DNA of 64,000 bases from Octopus sinensis (GCF_006345805.1 NC_042998.1:108128001-108192000), one strand, 5' to 3'; counted from the first letter of the stretch, positions 36,601 through 51,370 are shown. Notes: generated from the letters alone by a model not told the origin. Made by a program: numbers and translations.

Positions 36601-38689
36601 TCTTCTCTACGAACTTTTGCCCCGTATGAGAAATTAATTTATACTGTTAAAAATTCAATTATTCTTTATATTAATATTCCTCTTTTCAATTTCATTATTT
36701 ATTAATTAATTAGAGTAAAAATAAAAAAGCAATTGCTTTGAAAATAAAATTCGTAAACTAAGATAAGATTCATGTTAAGCTATTTATTTCTTCGAAAGAG
36801 CGAATGCATTCAGAAGACGTAGATTCCACAACGTAGCATAATATTACACAATCTTGTATCTCCAATGAATATGAATCGTGTCAATTTAAAAGAGTTGTAA
36901 CTTACAGAAAACAAATTGCCAGTTAGACATATAACAATAATGATAATTGTTTCTAACAATTATCATTAAAAGGGCCTAAAATTTACAAAGGGAAAAGTCG
37001 ATTAAACCGACCTAATTACTTGAGTGGTTCTTTATTTTATCTATCCCAGAAAGACAAAAAAAAAAACAACGTTGACGTCAGCATCGATATTTGAACTCAA
37101 AATTTAAAAAGCCCAAACTAAATTTTGAAAATCGTTTTCATGCACTATTGATTTACAGTTCTTTATGTTCCGAGCTCAAAACCCGCCAAAGTCTACTAAT
37201 GATTTTAATGGTTTCCAATTTTGGCACGAGACTGGCGATTTTGATGGGAGTGGACTTTATTATATTGACCTCAAAAGGATGAAAGATAAAGTTGACCTCA
37301 GCGGTCATTCTGAACTCGGAAGGTAAAAAGCCGAAACGAATGCTACAAGGCCTTTTAGCTAACGATTCTATCAACTCGTCGCTTTTAATTGTTTCTAATT
37401 TAAGCACAAGGTCAGCAGTTTTAAACGATTAAAAGTTGCAGATCTTGAGTGGTACTTTATTTTATCGATCGCAAAATGATGAAAGGCAAAATTCACCTCT
37501 GTCAGATTGGAACTCGGAAATGTAAAGAACCGAGCCAAATACCATAAAACATTTGTGCTATATAAAGTTCTTGCTAATCAAAGGACTTTTATACATACTC
37601 TAGAAGCACTGTGTATAGATGTTATAAACATGTAGGAGTGGACAAAAGCAAGTTATATAAAAACATAAATAACTAAACGTTAGAAAATTAACATAAATTA
37701 AACAAAATAAATAGTTGATTATATAAAAAAAACACGTTCTTCAATGGCTTAAATGCAAAGGTTGTTTACTTGAGTCTCAATGCAACTCTTATTTCTTAGT
37801 CTCGTTTGAAGATGATTCCCACTGTCAATTCCAAGAATCTTTTATACCGCTTCTCTGCTGGAGAACTGTGTCGACAGCCGGATAACTAATACTGGTATTG
37901 TTTCCCCTGCCCCCATATTCTTATCGGCTCAATGCTACCCACATACATATGAGAGTCTACTAGTTTACGTTTAACTTGAGCACTCCAAGACAGTGGCCTC
38001 CGGTTAGATCTTGTTACTACTTTATCCGAAAGTGATTCCGACTATGTTAAAACCGACAAAATGGAGCCTATCTCGTCAATCAATACATTATTCCTCCCTT
38101 CTTTCCCTTCTGTTCATTTAGTAGTTCTATAGGTTCTTTGTTTTGCGAAGACACATGAACTTCAAAAAACGTGGCAGGGATTTAGTGGAAATTGGCTCTT
38201 CAGACTTTTTGCTTATCTTTCTCGATTTGCCTGTCACTTATGTCTAAACTATATGCACCGAAAGGCGTCATATAGCATTTGGGGGTTTTATGTGGAATAA
38301 AGTGTTCCATATTCTCTGAGAAGGCTAATTTTTTAGTAACTGTGGCTTTCACCTATACCTTTTGTTTGAACGTTTGCAGAATTTCTTTGGCTTCATTTCT
38401 GCCTATGCCATTTCGTATCTCATCCTAGTCATTTTGATTAAGATTTTCAATAAATTCCACGAGGAAAGTATTCGTGCTTCGCGAAACCGTGAAAAAAAAA
38501 AAGATAAAAAAACAGAAAGAAGAGATACACTATCTGAGCGAAAAACACTTTTTTGCACATTTTTCTTACTGTCATTTGGGCTAAGCCTTTTTAAAAATTT
38601 CATTTTTTTCTCTGAATTTCATCCGGACTCTAATAGTCTACACTCTCTTTTTTCTCTGCGTTGGAATTAATAGGTGTGGCCTTTAGTCT

Positions 38690-39330
38690 TCAATTTTTGG
38701 TCCGGATGATGAGGAGAGGCTTTTGACTTTCTTCAGTACTGCAGACGGTGGTGCGGCTGAGAAACTGTTGGAACGATAACCTCAGAGACTTGCATGTTGT
38801 AATTTCTGGTTCTGATGCTGTCAGCCATTTTATTTGTCCTTGTTTTTCTAGCTTCTCGGGGCTCGAGAAGTGGCCTTTACTGTTACATGTGAAACCCACG
38901 TGCTTTCTGCCCTGCATCACCATTGTCTATTTTGTTTCCGTATCCACGAAGGTACATAGCTTTGGAATGGCCCTGTTTTTTTTCTGGGTAGGGTGCGGGT
39001 GATGTAATTAATACATTTAATTTCATATTGACCCTTCCGACCGCATGTTATTTCTTGTGATCTCTGCACTCACATCCCTTCCATATTGACAATTAGACAG
39101 GGAGTCAATGTCATTGCCAGTACCCATTGATTGTCATCCTTTGTATTGTCCTGGACCATGTATTGTGGTATGAATCTATATGTAGGTGTGTTCTTTCGTC
39201 CTCGGTGTTGAAAACTAAGCAAACACTGCTATATATTTTGCCGCGGTTGATGGAAATCATATGTGTCCATATATCAGTTAGACGCTTCTACAAGTATTCT
39301 TTTGAGGACATGTGAAATCTTCTACATTTT
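38690..39330 (-). mobile_element. Possible decayed L1/Tx1-type ORF1 (zinc-knuckle remnant)
   Basis: AIPKLC..VMQGRKHVGFTCNSKGHF resembles the GR.P.C..C...GH knuckle of L1-clade ORF1; stops present. Confidence 0.35.
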
Positions 39331-40109
39331 TGTTGCAAACCAGAAGTATTTTACAATCCATTTTTTTTTTTCAGGTTTCTGTGTGTTGATCAGATAAAAA
39401 AGCACTGTTCCTTGTAAAGCTTATATCCCTTGTTTGTTTTTCTTCAAACCCATCTATATTCAGACGTTCTCTAAGATTTATATTATTGTTGATTTTCAGA
39501 AGTTGTTTTGTTTGGCTTGTAAATTTTACTGTACCTGCTCAGCGATCTTGTTAGTTACCTTTTATCTATTTTCAATAATAAACTTGATTTCTTTTATTAC
39601 CCACGAGGACCCAATTCGTTGGCGGACATAATAAATACTAAATATGGTATTTTAATTGAGCATCTGTTAAAAATCTTCCTGTATTTGTGATTTATTGGGA
39701 AATGCTTATCTGAAAGAGTTAGGAATTTCTTACTTATGTTAGTTTTAACATTTAAAGATATATTACAACCTTTCAAGTAAAAGTACGAATCATAAAAATA
39801 GACCTAGAAATAGACATAGGAAAATAATTTGGTTTGTCCACCCACTTTATTCCTAAAATGTTAAAACAAAAAAGTATTAGTAGAAAAAAATCACTGTTAC
39901 TACTAATCAGCCAGAAGTCGATTTTTTAGGTGTTTCCCCTAGAGTTAAACTTCCATTCTTATAAACCGTATCATAAGCCAAACGAGAAACTCTCATACAT
40001 AAATAGATAATCTTGTCACCCTACCCACTATAATGTTTAAAAACCTGATAGCTAATAGGATATCAAATCTCTCTTCTTATATATATATATGAAAGGAGAC
40101 TGCTATATG

Positions 40110-40136
40110 TGTATGTGAAAGAGAGAGAGAGAGAAA

Positions 40137-40228
<92 letters not shown>
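40110..40228. repeat. (GA)n microsatellite
   Basis: Direct reading. Confidence 0.98.
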
Positions 40229-40230
<2 letters not shown>

Positions 40231-42817
40231 CTGTAACGAGATTTCTCGCAACCGTCTTCGGGATTTTATAACAATATCAAACACAATTTTCAAATACAGA
40301 TTATTTTTTAAAAAATCTTTCGGTCTGATGGGAAGAGCCATGACCGCGACAATTCACAGTGCCTCTGAGACTGATGCAAGTAGAATGGAATCCACTAAAA
40401 GTTGCCAATATCCCAGATGACCGTGTTAAACCAAGTGACGGATTAAGTCTACTATGTAAATTTGAACCGACTCTCTTTGTTGAATATCTACTGAAAGACT
40501 TTTGCTTGACTGTTTGAATATATTAATAATCTAAGTAAAGGCATAAACACCACAAAATCTTATTTCAATCAATCTTTTCACCTTATGCTATCAATGAAAA
40601 TACTATTTCTGGTCTCTGAAATATGCTTGCTTTTTGTTTATACTCTTCACACTGTTATGGTTTGCACAAGAGTAAAAGAAAAGAAAAAGAAAAGAAAAGA
40701 AAGTAAAATCATAAAAACTTCTTTGGGCCAGTATATCAAATATAACAAGCGACAGAGATATTTTCATGCTTCTATCACGGGCCTTCCAATATTTTCTTTT
40801 CTGCTGCTACTGTAGAGGGAATTCGAACTGATAGATACTTTGTCAGGCACCACGAGTAAGCCTTCGCAGTTTAACGTGATTGATCTATAAATCGACCAGT
40901 CAACGCAAAGCTATGGCGTGATATGAATTATTCGGATGTTCTAAAATTTAACCCCTTTACTCCTTATAAAAACCGTTCGGCGCTTAACTCATCACAGAGT
41001 TTGAGAGCGGCCCTCCTGATTCACACATTTCACCTCTTGTCAGGCAGACAACCTCCGACATTAGAGCAGGCAGCTTCAATCTTTTGCGCAGACGGCTCGT
41101 TACTTGGACAGAACGATTTTGAACATTCATATGATGTCCTGTAAGTAGCTTCTAAGGACACAGCGCGGTTTTCTTCTCCTCCCAGTCGGCAATTATATAA
41201 TTAATATTTTTCACTGTAAATAATCAACACCATATACCAGTCGGTAATTGCATTATTAATATTTTTCACTGTAAATAGCCTACACAAAACATTATGTCAA
41301 GCAATAAATATTAAAGTTTAATGTTTGTGAGTTTGTTTCAATAATTATTCACGCAGCCAACGACATTCCATGCAGACACTACAATATGATAATAAAGTCA
41401 TCCATGGAAACTCAGACGTTTAAAATATATCAGCATTAACCAGCACCAAACGGATGATCCAATAAATCACCACAGCACTACAATAATTGCTCCTGCTCTT
41501 CTGAGCTGCCTGGTGTCTACCTTCACCCCTTAAGCATCCACGCCTCACTCGTTTCTCTATCTCTTGCTACTACGTCCGCAGGAATCTTCTCGCTTTCCTG
41601 CAGGTGTTGACATGCAACAGTTTAAATAGAACATTAACCGCATCGATCTGACAGGTCACAGAGAGCCTGCTGACTTTATGGGTACTGTTCCTTCTTCCAA
41701 CTCAGCAAGTGAAAAATGAATAAAAGGCAAAAGAAAAGCATACCATCCAGTTACCGATCTATATCGGGCTACAATTCTTTTACTCCCTGTGCTCTAACAG
41801 CTTCGCACTCTTTGTTTCCACGAGAACTGCCAGAATGAGTAATGGTTTATCAATTTCCATAACATTTTTTCATTTTGTTATCTAAATGTTTGGGGATTTT
41901 AATTTTTTTTATCATGATTGGAATGAATATGAGGTAATATTTCTACAAAGCATTCTTACAAGAAAAGATGTGGGAAAGAAAAAAAAATACGTTTTTTTTA
42001 TTCATATGTCTTCGATGAAATAAATTGCATATTATTCTAATTCATGTAGAATCATGTACTATCATGTATATTATCTGGAATAAAATATATGACTAATTTA
42101 GATAACTGTAATGATATGATCAAATAAGAAGATGGCTTTCTTTAAATGTTTCTTCTATAGATGTTCCTTCCGTTTTCTCCATCTCGTTTAGCATTTCTTG
42201 AGCGGATGTCTTCAGCTTTATTTTTTTCTTGTCATAACACAGTTGCGTGACTGTTCATAACAGCTATAAAACCAGCTTTGTTAGGTTGGAAATACAATTT
42301 TTAACGAGAAAAATGATAATAATCTTTACATTATTTGATGCTATTTCAAAATTACATTGCATTTCTTTTTATTTTAAATGGGTATTGAAGACAAAACCGG
42401 AACATTTCTCTTGTTGAAATTAACTGAATTATTTTATTTTCCATTAGCAGACAACGACTTTCAATTATTGTTCCAATTCTAAATTTATACAAATCTGCAT
42501 GTACTTTTAACCTACATTGTCAGTGCATGCACTGTTCTACAAATGAAACTGACCAGTTTACTGAGTCTTTGTTAAAATACATTATAAATATTTGTAAACT
42601 GCTTATCTATCAGTGGAAAGAAGAATGTTACTCATTCTTTGACGAATGTATAGCAAGACAAGAAACTGTTCAGATCGATTTCAGTTTTTCAGCATACTGG
42701 GGGATAAAACATGTGGTCTAACCATTTCGTTTACTTTTCAGAGTAAGTCTAAAGTTAAGTATATAATTGAAATGCATATTCATACTCCATTTAATTCGAA
42801 AACAGTGTGTAGAGCGG

Positions 42818-43130
<313 letters not shown>

Positions 43131-43389
43131 GTAAACGTATGTATGTATACGTACATTCCTACAAGCATCATCCTACTATAGCGTATATAAAAACACACAC
43201 ACGTGTGTGTGTGTATATAAGATTTTTTATTTTGATTATTTAGTGCATAGTCTTAGTTAAAATGAACACACACACACATGCACACACATATGTATGTATA
43301 CGTGTGGGTGGGTGTAGTATATATGCATGTAGGCTGGTATGTGCACATGTCTGTGTGTGTAGACTGTTCTGTTTTGTTCCTTCTATGTG

Positions 43390-44460
43390 TTCTCAAAATC
43401 TTGCAATCTTTGTTCTGAGGAAGCCCTGTACAATTTAAAGAGTGCAGATAAACTGGTGAACAGGTATTCCGAAAGACTTATGAGATGCAACTCAGAAGGA
43501 GAGACGAGGACGTTGAAGAGGTGACAAGATGTGTGACGAAAGGTTTCCAGACAAAGGACATAAAATAAGAACAGTAATAAATCTTAAGTGGAGAGCGAAT
43601 ATATAGTGCGTGTGTTTATTTGGCAAAAAGAAAAAAAATGACCGTCCCGAAATATAATATCTATTTCAACACACGATTTCATATCAGGTTCGTTCCGATT
43701 CGTCGTTTCGATCCACTTCTTGGTCCCCTTTTTTTATATTAATATTATTATATTGAAGATGCGGTACTCTCTCCCTTTGCTTTAACCTCTTCAATCTTTC
43801 TCCCTCCCCCTCCTCCTCTCTCTTCGCCGCGTGTCCCCCTCCTCCTTCCCTCTTCCTTGCCTATAAAACAAAATTCCTTTACACGTGGTTACCACTATTG
43901 AAAAGACTGCCTCCACGCGCTGCTACTACACTTTCGTCCTTGCCAGCAAAAAGGCTTCTTCGTTCGTCCCCTTGTGTGGTTAATTTCCTGTATAGTATTC
44001 TTGTTATTTTCTCGTTTTGTAACTAATTGTACTTTTGTACATGTATTTTTATTTTTGCAGTTTTATTGTTTGTCTATGCCAGAAAAAGGCTTTTTCGTTC
44101 GTCCTCTTGTGTTTGTTTTTGTACATGTATTTTAATTTTGCAGTCTTATTGTTACGTCTTGTTTGTGTTCGTACTCATTGTGCCCCGCTGCTTGAAATTT
44201 TATTTAATTCTCTCGCAGGAAGGCCTATTGGATTAGTGTTCTGTTATGCCTTCGAAACATGCCTGACTCCTCTAGCGACAGCTGATGACGGGGGTTTTGT
44301 CCTTGTGTAACCTGTCCTGTATTTGGTTTTCGTTTTCCGTTTTCTTGTTTTTTGTTTTTTGGCTTTTTCTGTTTCTACGTCTTATTGTGATGTCCTGTAC
44401 TTCCGTATAATTATTTATATATGCATGTATATATACATGTAGATGTAGGTACGTACATAT
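43390..44460 (+). mobile_element. Truncated Penelope-like element: ORF C-terminus plus pLTR-like region
   Basis: SKSCNLCSEEALYNLKSADKLVNRYSERLMRC resembles the PLE C-terminal CNLC..E..I..L.N.RSE..KC motif; T-rich tail with a hammerhead-like remnant. Confidence 0.6.
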
Positions 44461-44543
44461 ATGTTTGTATGTATGCATATATTTTTATTTATCTCCTATA
44501 TATATATATATATATATATACATATATATATAGTGTACATTGT

Positions 44544-44571
<28 letters not shown>

Positions 44572-44578
<7 letters not shown>

Positions 44579-44842
44579 ATCACGTGACCGACCAGACCAT
44601 CAGATGTTGTTACACATCGCAGGTCACAATGCGTTCGCATTGTTTTAGCCTTTGGCTAAGCGAGCAGGCCAACAGAAGAAAGAGTGGTGAAAGAGTACAG
44701 CAGGGATCACCACCCCCTACTGGAGCGTCGTGGAGCTTTTAGGTGTTTTCGCTCAATAAACACTCACAACGCCCGCCTGTGAATCGAAACCGCGATCTTA
44801 CGACCGCGAGTCCACTGCCCTAACCACTGGGCCATTGCGCCT

Positions 44843-44844
<2 letters not shown>
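44572..44844 (-). mobile_element. tRNA-derived SINE (same head as 56141-56501, different tail)
   Basis: GGAGGCGCAATGGCCCAGTGGTTAGGGCAG head and GGTTTCGATTC B-box. Confidence 0.9.
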
Positions 44845-44926
<82 letters not shown>

Positions 44927-45728
44927 TAATAATAATAATAATTATAATGTTGCAGATCGTACTGGTGTAACGGGTAAGTTTTTCCCACTAGCATTTCTAG
45001 ATCTATAGGAAATATTATATATATATATATATATAACAATGTACACTACCTTGTTGGTGGTTGTATGGGGGCAATGTATGTGTGGGGCGGATAAGCATAC
45101 TTACTAGCTTATCTTTTATTGTTTCAAAGATGCATACGAAAACTAAATGCTAATAAATTAACTTTAAATAAAGACTCATTCTAGTTCTAGGATGAGACAG
45201 TTATTTTGCCGAGGGAAAAGGTAGGTAATTTGAATTCTTGAAAGAAACAAAGAAACACTGACATGTACTAAAATGGTCAATCTCGACCTATTCATCTCAA
45301 AAAGTTTTATTTTTCCTTCATCTTTTTCTTCAATCTGTCTAATACTTTCTTCTTTGTAAACTGACCTTTAAACAGAATAGAAATTTAAAGCCAATCTGAC
45401 GCTTTTATTTTCCTTCTATTTTTTTAAAATCTTATCTAAGGTTTTAGTTTTGTCTGGGGATGAAACATCATTCTGGGTATGCATTTTCACACTGAGTGAA
45501 ATTGCGTTAAGAACCAACGAAGAACTTATTTCAACAATCACCCGAGGAGGCGCATTCTATACATTGGATGTAAGATATTGATTGCAAAACATGTCTCCTA
45601 TGTACTACAGGTGTAAGAATGCGTCGAAACAATTGTAGTGAATTATAAAATGAATATTGTTTTTCTTTCATTTGACGCTATCTCTTTCTCTCTCTATCTG
45701 TCTCTCTCTCACTCTCTCTCTCTCTCTC

Positions 45729-45809
<81 letters not shown>

Positions 45810-46052
45810 TATATATGTATGCATACTCCCCACACATATATCGCCTGATAATTGCACAGACGTGAAACTCGTGTCGCGAGACAGAATCTCTGCTTCTGTG
45901 TTAATAAAATATCATACATATATGTGTGTGTGTATGTGTGTATGAAATATAAACAAGTGTATATAGGTGTGTGTGTGTGCATATGTATTTATATGCATAT
46001 GTATTTATAACACTCACATATATACACACTCACTCACGTGCGCGCGAGCAGA

Positions 46053-46123
<71 letters not shown>

Positions 46124-46544
46124 TAAACTATGGAGCATTAAAATTGTAGAATTTCATACTCATGCACGCTCTAAATTAATTCAGACAGAACCTGTAAGCG
46201 AGACTAACAAATGAAGGATGATGATGTAAAAGGTAATATCGTATTATTCGGTTAATGTATTAAGTTGAAACCACTCTGGTGTTGTAAAGCTGAGTGTTCG
46301 GATATCATTCAAGATCAGAATAAATCATGTCGTGGTACAAATTTGGCAAGTAATGTTCGAGGGTGTCTTCATAACACAGGATCGATCGTATGTTTTAGTT
46401 AATTCTATCAGCGTACATAGTTCTGATTGCATCGAAACTGACTCAGGCATACACACAGGCACGCGCGCAAACAAACGCGCGCGCGCACAAACATGCACGC
46501 ACATACCGACATTTTATATCACATAATATATATATGTATGTGTG

Positions 46545-46599
<55 letters not shown>

Positions 46600-46669
46600 A
46601 TATACTCATGCATACATTTATATATACATACATGCAGACATACATGTATATATATATATATATGCATAC

Positions 46670-46702
<33 letters not shown>

Positions 46703-46708
46703 TGTATG

Positions 46709-46740
<32 letters not shown>

Positions 46741-46871
46741 ATATACATATATATCCTTTGTGTATACTTGCTTTTAAATATACCTATAGACGGTAAATCA
46801 ATAAGTTCATATGCATAATACATACATATATACATCCATCCATCCAGCCAGCCAGCCATACGTAAATACAT

Positions 46872-46902
<31 letters not shown>

Positions 46903-46903
<1 letters not shown>

Positions 46904-47810
46904 TTATTTCTTTCGTTGTCCGAAAAAAAAGTTCGTTTTCCATGTTTTTGTTTTTTATGTTCTCCTTTTCAGTTTGTTCACGTTTTTTGACGTCCTGTAT
47001 ATGTATGTATATATACCCATATATGCATGTATATATACATATATATGTAGATATGTACATATATGCACACACACACACACACACACACCACACACACATA
47101 TATATATGTATATATTATTTATATTATTATATGATCAAACGCCATGCATCCATTTCCAAATAAGTTTTATCTTAATAATTCAAATGCGCACTCTACACTA
47201 TCTATTCTCCCTTTATCGCTATTCTTCTTCTTTCTTTCTGTTTTTCTCCGCCTCCCCTTCACCGTTCTCTTTATTTCCCTCTCTCTCCCTCACTCTTCCC
47301 CCTTTACTTTCTTATTGCTCACACGAGACCAGCAGCTATCGTTCTTTTTTCCCCCTCTTGCTTTACAAGAGATAAGACATACTTTTACCTGTCTCTTGCC
47401 ATAGCTCCTTTCTCCAGCATCACCACTTCACTTCGTTATGGCTCAACAGCCTTCACCGGTTGTTTTTACTGTTTTGTTCTTACTGTCCTGTTCTGGTTAC
47501 CACTTTAACCCTCCGCAAAAATCCAAAATTTTATTTAATTTGCTTTGCGGGAAGGACTGTTTTAACGAAGTCGCGTCATGTTCCATCCTTCGAAACGCAG
47601 AGTAGGTAAAGCAGGAGACAACTGATGAAGGAATTGTTCTTTATGTTGCCTGTCTCGTTTCTCTATTTATTTATTTCGTTGTCTGAAAAAAAGTTCACTT
47701 CCCATGTTTTTTTTTTATGTTTTCGTTTTTCATTTTGTTCACGTTATTTTGACGTCCTGTACCCATATATGCATGTATATATACATATATATGTAGGTAT
47801 GTATATGTAT
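46903..47810 (+). mobile_element. Probable non-autonomous Penelope-like element with ~150-bp direct terminal repeats
   Basis: 46903-47062 matches 47665-47810; shares AAATTTTATTTAATT..GAAGG..CCTTCGAAAC..CTGATGA and the TGA(C/T)GTCCTGTA tail with 44196-44460. Confidence 0.5.
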
Positions 47811-48464
47811 ATATATATATATATATCTCAATAATACAGTGATTGTTACTTATCAGGAACAAAATGTTTAATAGAACTGCTATAGAAGTGCTCAGTTAAA
47901 TGAAATGGCTATAAGGAATGTAAATATGGTTTCTTCTTTTTTGCTTGGACACTGGCTTTTAACTATAGGTTTCCCTAATCTGAAAAGTAATTTTTAATCG
48001 AAAATATTTCTAAACGATGAACTTTTATCTTACCTTATATATTATATATTATTTATATGCTTCCTATATATATGTATTTTTATATTTTTTTATATATCTA
48101 TATATTTATATATTTCTTTATATTTTTATGTATTTATTATTCTAGGTGTTGTAATGTTTAAAAAATATAAATGTCTTAATCGCTAAAGTATTAATCGTTA
48201 ACTTTTAACCGCGATGAACTGTATTCACACATTTTTCTTGTATTTTCTTATATGCTTGTACTGATGAGTTGTGTTTCATCTTCCGTGATGTTATACATGT
48301 ATATTCTATGTGAAAGAAAAAGCATTATGTGATTAAATGTTCGAGATATGAAATGTTACGTGGATGACCTTGTATTTGTTTGTTCTGCAACCATAGTTTA
48401 ATATGTATGTATATATGCATATATATATATATATATATATAGATATATATATATATTATATATA

Positions 48465-48506
<42 letters not shown>

Positions 48507-48734
48507 ATATATATTATATATATACATGCATGCATATATATATGTGTATGTTTGTAATTGTGAGAGAGTAATATATCTGTATATCTATCTATCTACCTAT
48601 CTATCTATCTATCTTTCTATCTATCTATCTATCTATTTTTAAAAGAAGAAAAAAAATGGAGATTGAGAAGAGATGAAACCATCCCATCATGAAGTTTAAA
48701 CATCCTCTAATTAAATTTATATATATTTATATTT

Positions 48735-50413
48735 TTAGGTTGGAATCGCAGTTTGTACATAATACCTTTTCCAATATTTACGGTAAATTAAGCATTAATT
48801 TTCATATTCTGATGTTTTTATTTCTTTGTTGATAACATCGTGATTAAATTGAAATCGATTTTACTCTTAAAATGTGTTTAGGTGAGACCCACATCAGACA
48901 CTGCATACTGTATGAATTCAAAAGGGGTTTTTCAGCAAAGGAAACGGTAAGAACGATTCATTTTGTCTATGGAAATGAAATTTTAAATGTCTGGACACAG
49001 CAACAATGGTTTTGGTCGGTTTCGCTCAGAAAATATTTCTCTCGATGATTACTCTCTTTTACTTGTTTCAGTCATTTGACTGCGGCCAAGCTGGAGCACC
49101 GCCTTTAGTCGAGCAAATCGACCCCGGGACTTATTCTTTGTAAGCCCAGTATTTATTCGATTGGTCCCTTTTGCCGAACCGCTAAGTGACGGGGACATAA
49201 CCACACCAGCATCGGTTGTCAAGCAATGCTAGGGGGACAGACACACAAACATACACACACACACACACACATATATACATATATGCGACGGGCATCTTGG
49301 AGTTTCCGTCTACCAAATCCACTCACAAGGCTTTGGTCGGCCCGAGGCTATAGTAGAAGACACTTGCCCATGGTGCCACGCAGTGGGACTGAACCCAGAA
49401 CCATGGGGTTCGTGAGCAAGCTACTTACTACACAGCCACTCCTGCGAGCTACTTACCACACAGCCACTCATGCGCCTACTGTAAATATAGGCGACTAAGT
49501 TCTGTTAATATTGAGCTGAAAACCGTAGATGAAAAAACATCCCAAGCTAACTGCGCAAGAATTAGCAATCAGTTTAACTCAAGTCACACTTCGATCATAA
49601 GCTACCTTTATGAACTAGGAAAAGTGTCTAAATTTGATCAGTGAGTTCCTTATTAACCGACTACTTTTCAGTGTAATCAAAGAGCTGCCCTCTGTTCATC
49701 TTTGCAGAGTAGACTACCGAACCTTTTGTAGATAGAATCGTTCCAAGTGATGAAAAGTGGACTTTTTATGATTACATCTAATGATAACGACAATGATAAG
49801 CGCCCAATGAAAAAGAAGAATCTATCTCCAAACCACATACACACGCTATACTAAAAAAAACAAAAACAATAGTTACGCTCTCTGCTTGGTGGGATATAAA
49901 ACGTGATATATCATGCATGAAGCATTAAGCCAAAAAAAAAAAATAGCGCGGTGAAGTATTGTTGTCAATAGGAAGCGTTGTACAAGAAATTGTAGAAAAA
50001 GCGCCCATCATAGGACAGTCCTTAGAAGGTCTTGCTCTTACACAATAATACAAAACTACATAATGCCCAAGTCACCCAGGAAAAGATTATGCACTGTGTA
50101 AGATTTTCCTCATCTCCCTTACTCCCTTGACTTTGGTCCATCTAACTATCGCCCTTTCAGATCATTGCAACACTGTTTCGTGAGGAAGACTGTTAGTTAA
50201 TTGTGGAGGAGTTAAAAGTGATATTGAATGTTTCTTTCTTTTGAAATCTGAAAAAGATTTTTCACCTGATGAATCAACAATTTGTCAAATAGTTTGGATT
50301 ATGTTTTCAATAAGGAAGGGAAAAATTATCTTGATTAAATATATAAAGTAAGATCGAAGAAGCAATCGTTTCTTTCACATCTGGAAATGCGACGTGACTT
50401 TCTTTCAACGTGA
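48735..50413 (+). mobile_element. Decayed mariner transposon
   Basis: IRHCILYEF, SDEKW, WWD, LLLHNN and PYSLDFGPSNY (YSPDLAPSDY-like) remnants; TTAGGTTGG-type TIR remnants; TA after 50413. Confidence 0.88.
49049..49478 (-). mobile_element. Well-preserved tRNA-derived SINE (CORE-like body, CR1/L2-type tail) inside the mariner
   Basis: A-box TGGCTGTGTGG, B-box GGTTCAGTCCC, ACCATGGGCAAGTGTC core-like motif, stem-loop tail; the 5' ~28 nt are duplicated. Confidence 0.93.
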
Positions 50414-50484
50414 TATATATCTTTTATCTTTCATACGTTCCAGTCATTGGACTGCAGCCATACTGGGGAGTCATTCTTTATCTT

Positions 50485-51370
50485 AGAGTAGCAGCTGTTT
50501 AACAAACGCTCAGCCAAATTATCATATAGCTACTGCCTCAATATGAAGAGTATCATTACCCGCAAACACCACCAAGTGCCTACTCCAAGTTGTCGAGACC
50601 CTGGAGCTTGTCCACACGACTAAGGGTGTATAATAAACTCCGTCATATATGAACCAGAAGTTGCAGTAACGCTACATGATAGCATAACCGAAAAGAAGAA
50701 TTATATCGGGTTACGTGAAGGCGACTTCAAAAGTCGCTATGTTAACCCCCTATCTTCTTTTCGGCACATGCACTAAAGTAAAGCCACTCAGTTGGCTAGC
50801 CACCTATGGGGTTTGAAGACCAACTCTACGCCTCATGCAATCAAGTGAAATATCGTATAAAATTCCATGCCATATGTTAATGGATAAAAAAAAATGCAGG
50901 TTATGTGCTCCGAAAGATCGCACATCCTTTTTAGATTTAAGAATTGCACCACACTGTTGAATTTCAGCTCAGAAATTTTCAGCAAGTGCAAACATATGCA
51001 AAAGTTTCTTTTGCCGAATTGGAGAATACTACCCTCTCCGGATTGAGTAGCTATATCTATTTCTGTTGATTCTGCGTCATCTTGCCTTATGACTCTTCGG
51101 TCAAAGAAGACATAATTCTAATTCTTCTTTTTTCTTTTTTCCTATCTTTTTCTGTTTTTTTTTCCCCCACTTCACTTTTTGAACCCACCTTCATCTCGTT
51201 TTTTCTCTTGATTTCTCCTGTTCAATCGCCTTGATTTATAACTTGTATAGGTTATGTGTCCAGACCTGCAGATTACTTGGAGACACTAGGTGTGTTTTAA
51301 AACCTGCGTAGATAATATCTTCAATCTATGAAACTATTAGTAGCTCATAACTACGTACTATGTGCTTTAA
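50485..51370 (+). mobile_element. Decayed Penelope-like element: GIY-YIG endonuclease region plus pLTR
   Basis: CRDPGACP..NSVIY..KNYIGLREGDFKSRY..SSFRH..LASHLWGLK..CRLC..SEIFSKCKH; Cys-rich linker as in Neptune-type PLEs. Confidence 0.85.

Larger units (their letters stand above)
34755..37555 (-). mobile_element. Cluster of decayed copies of the same SINE core (about 34755-34895, 36135-36245, 36995-37120, 37230-37390, 37445-37555)
   Basis: Recurring AAAGGATGAAAG..GACC..GAATTTGAACTC motif, all in the same orientation. The span also contains unique DNA. Confidence 0.7.

Noticed and set aside
41044-41140. Plus-strand exon candidate (TTGTCAG acceptor, CT|GTAAGT donor, RQPPTLEQAASIFCADGSLLGQNDFEHSYDVL)
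   Set aside because: Opposite-strand frames are equally open, no partner exon or recognisable product was found, and the surroundings may be a decayed LINE ORF1.
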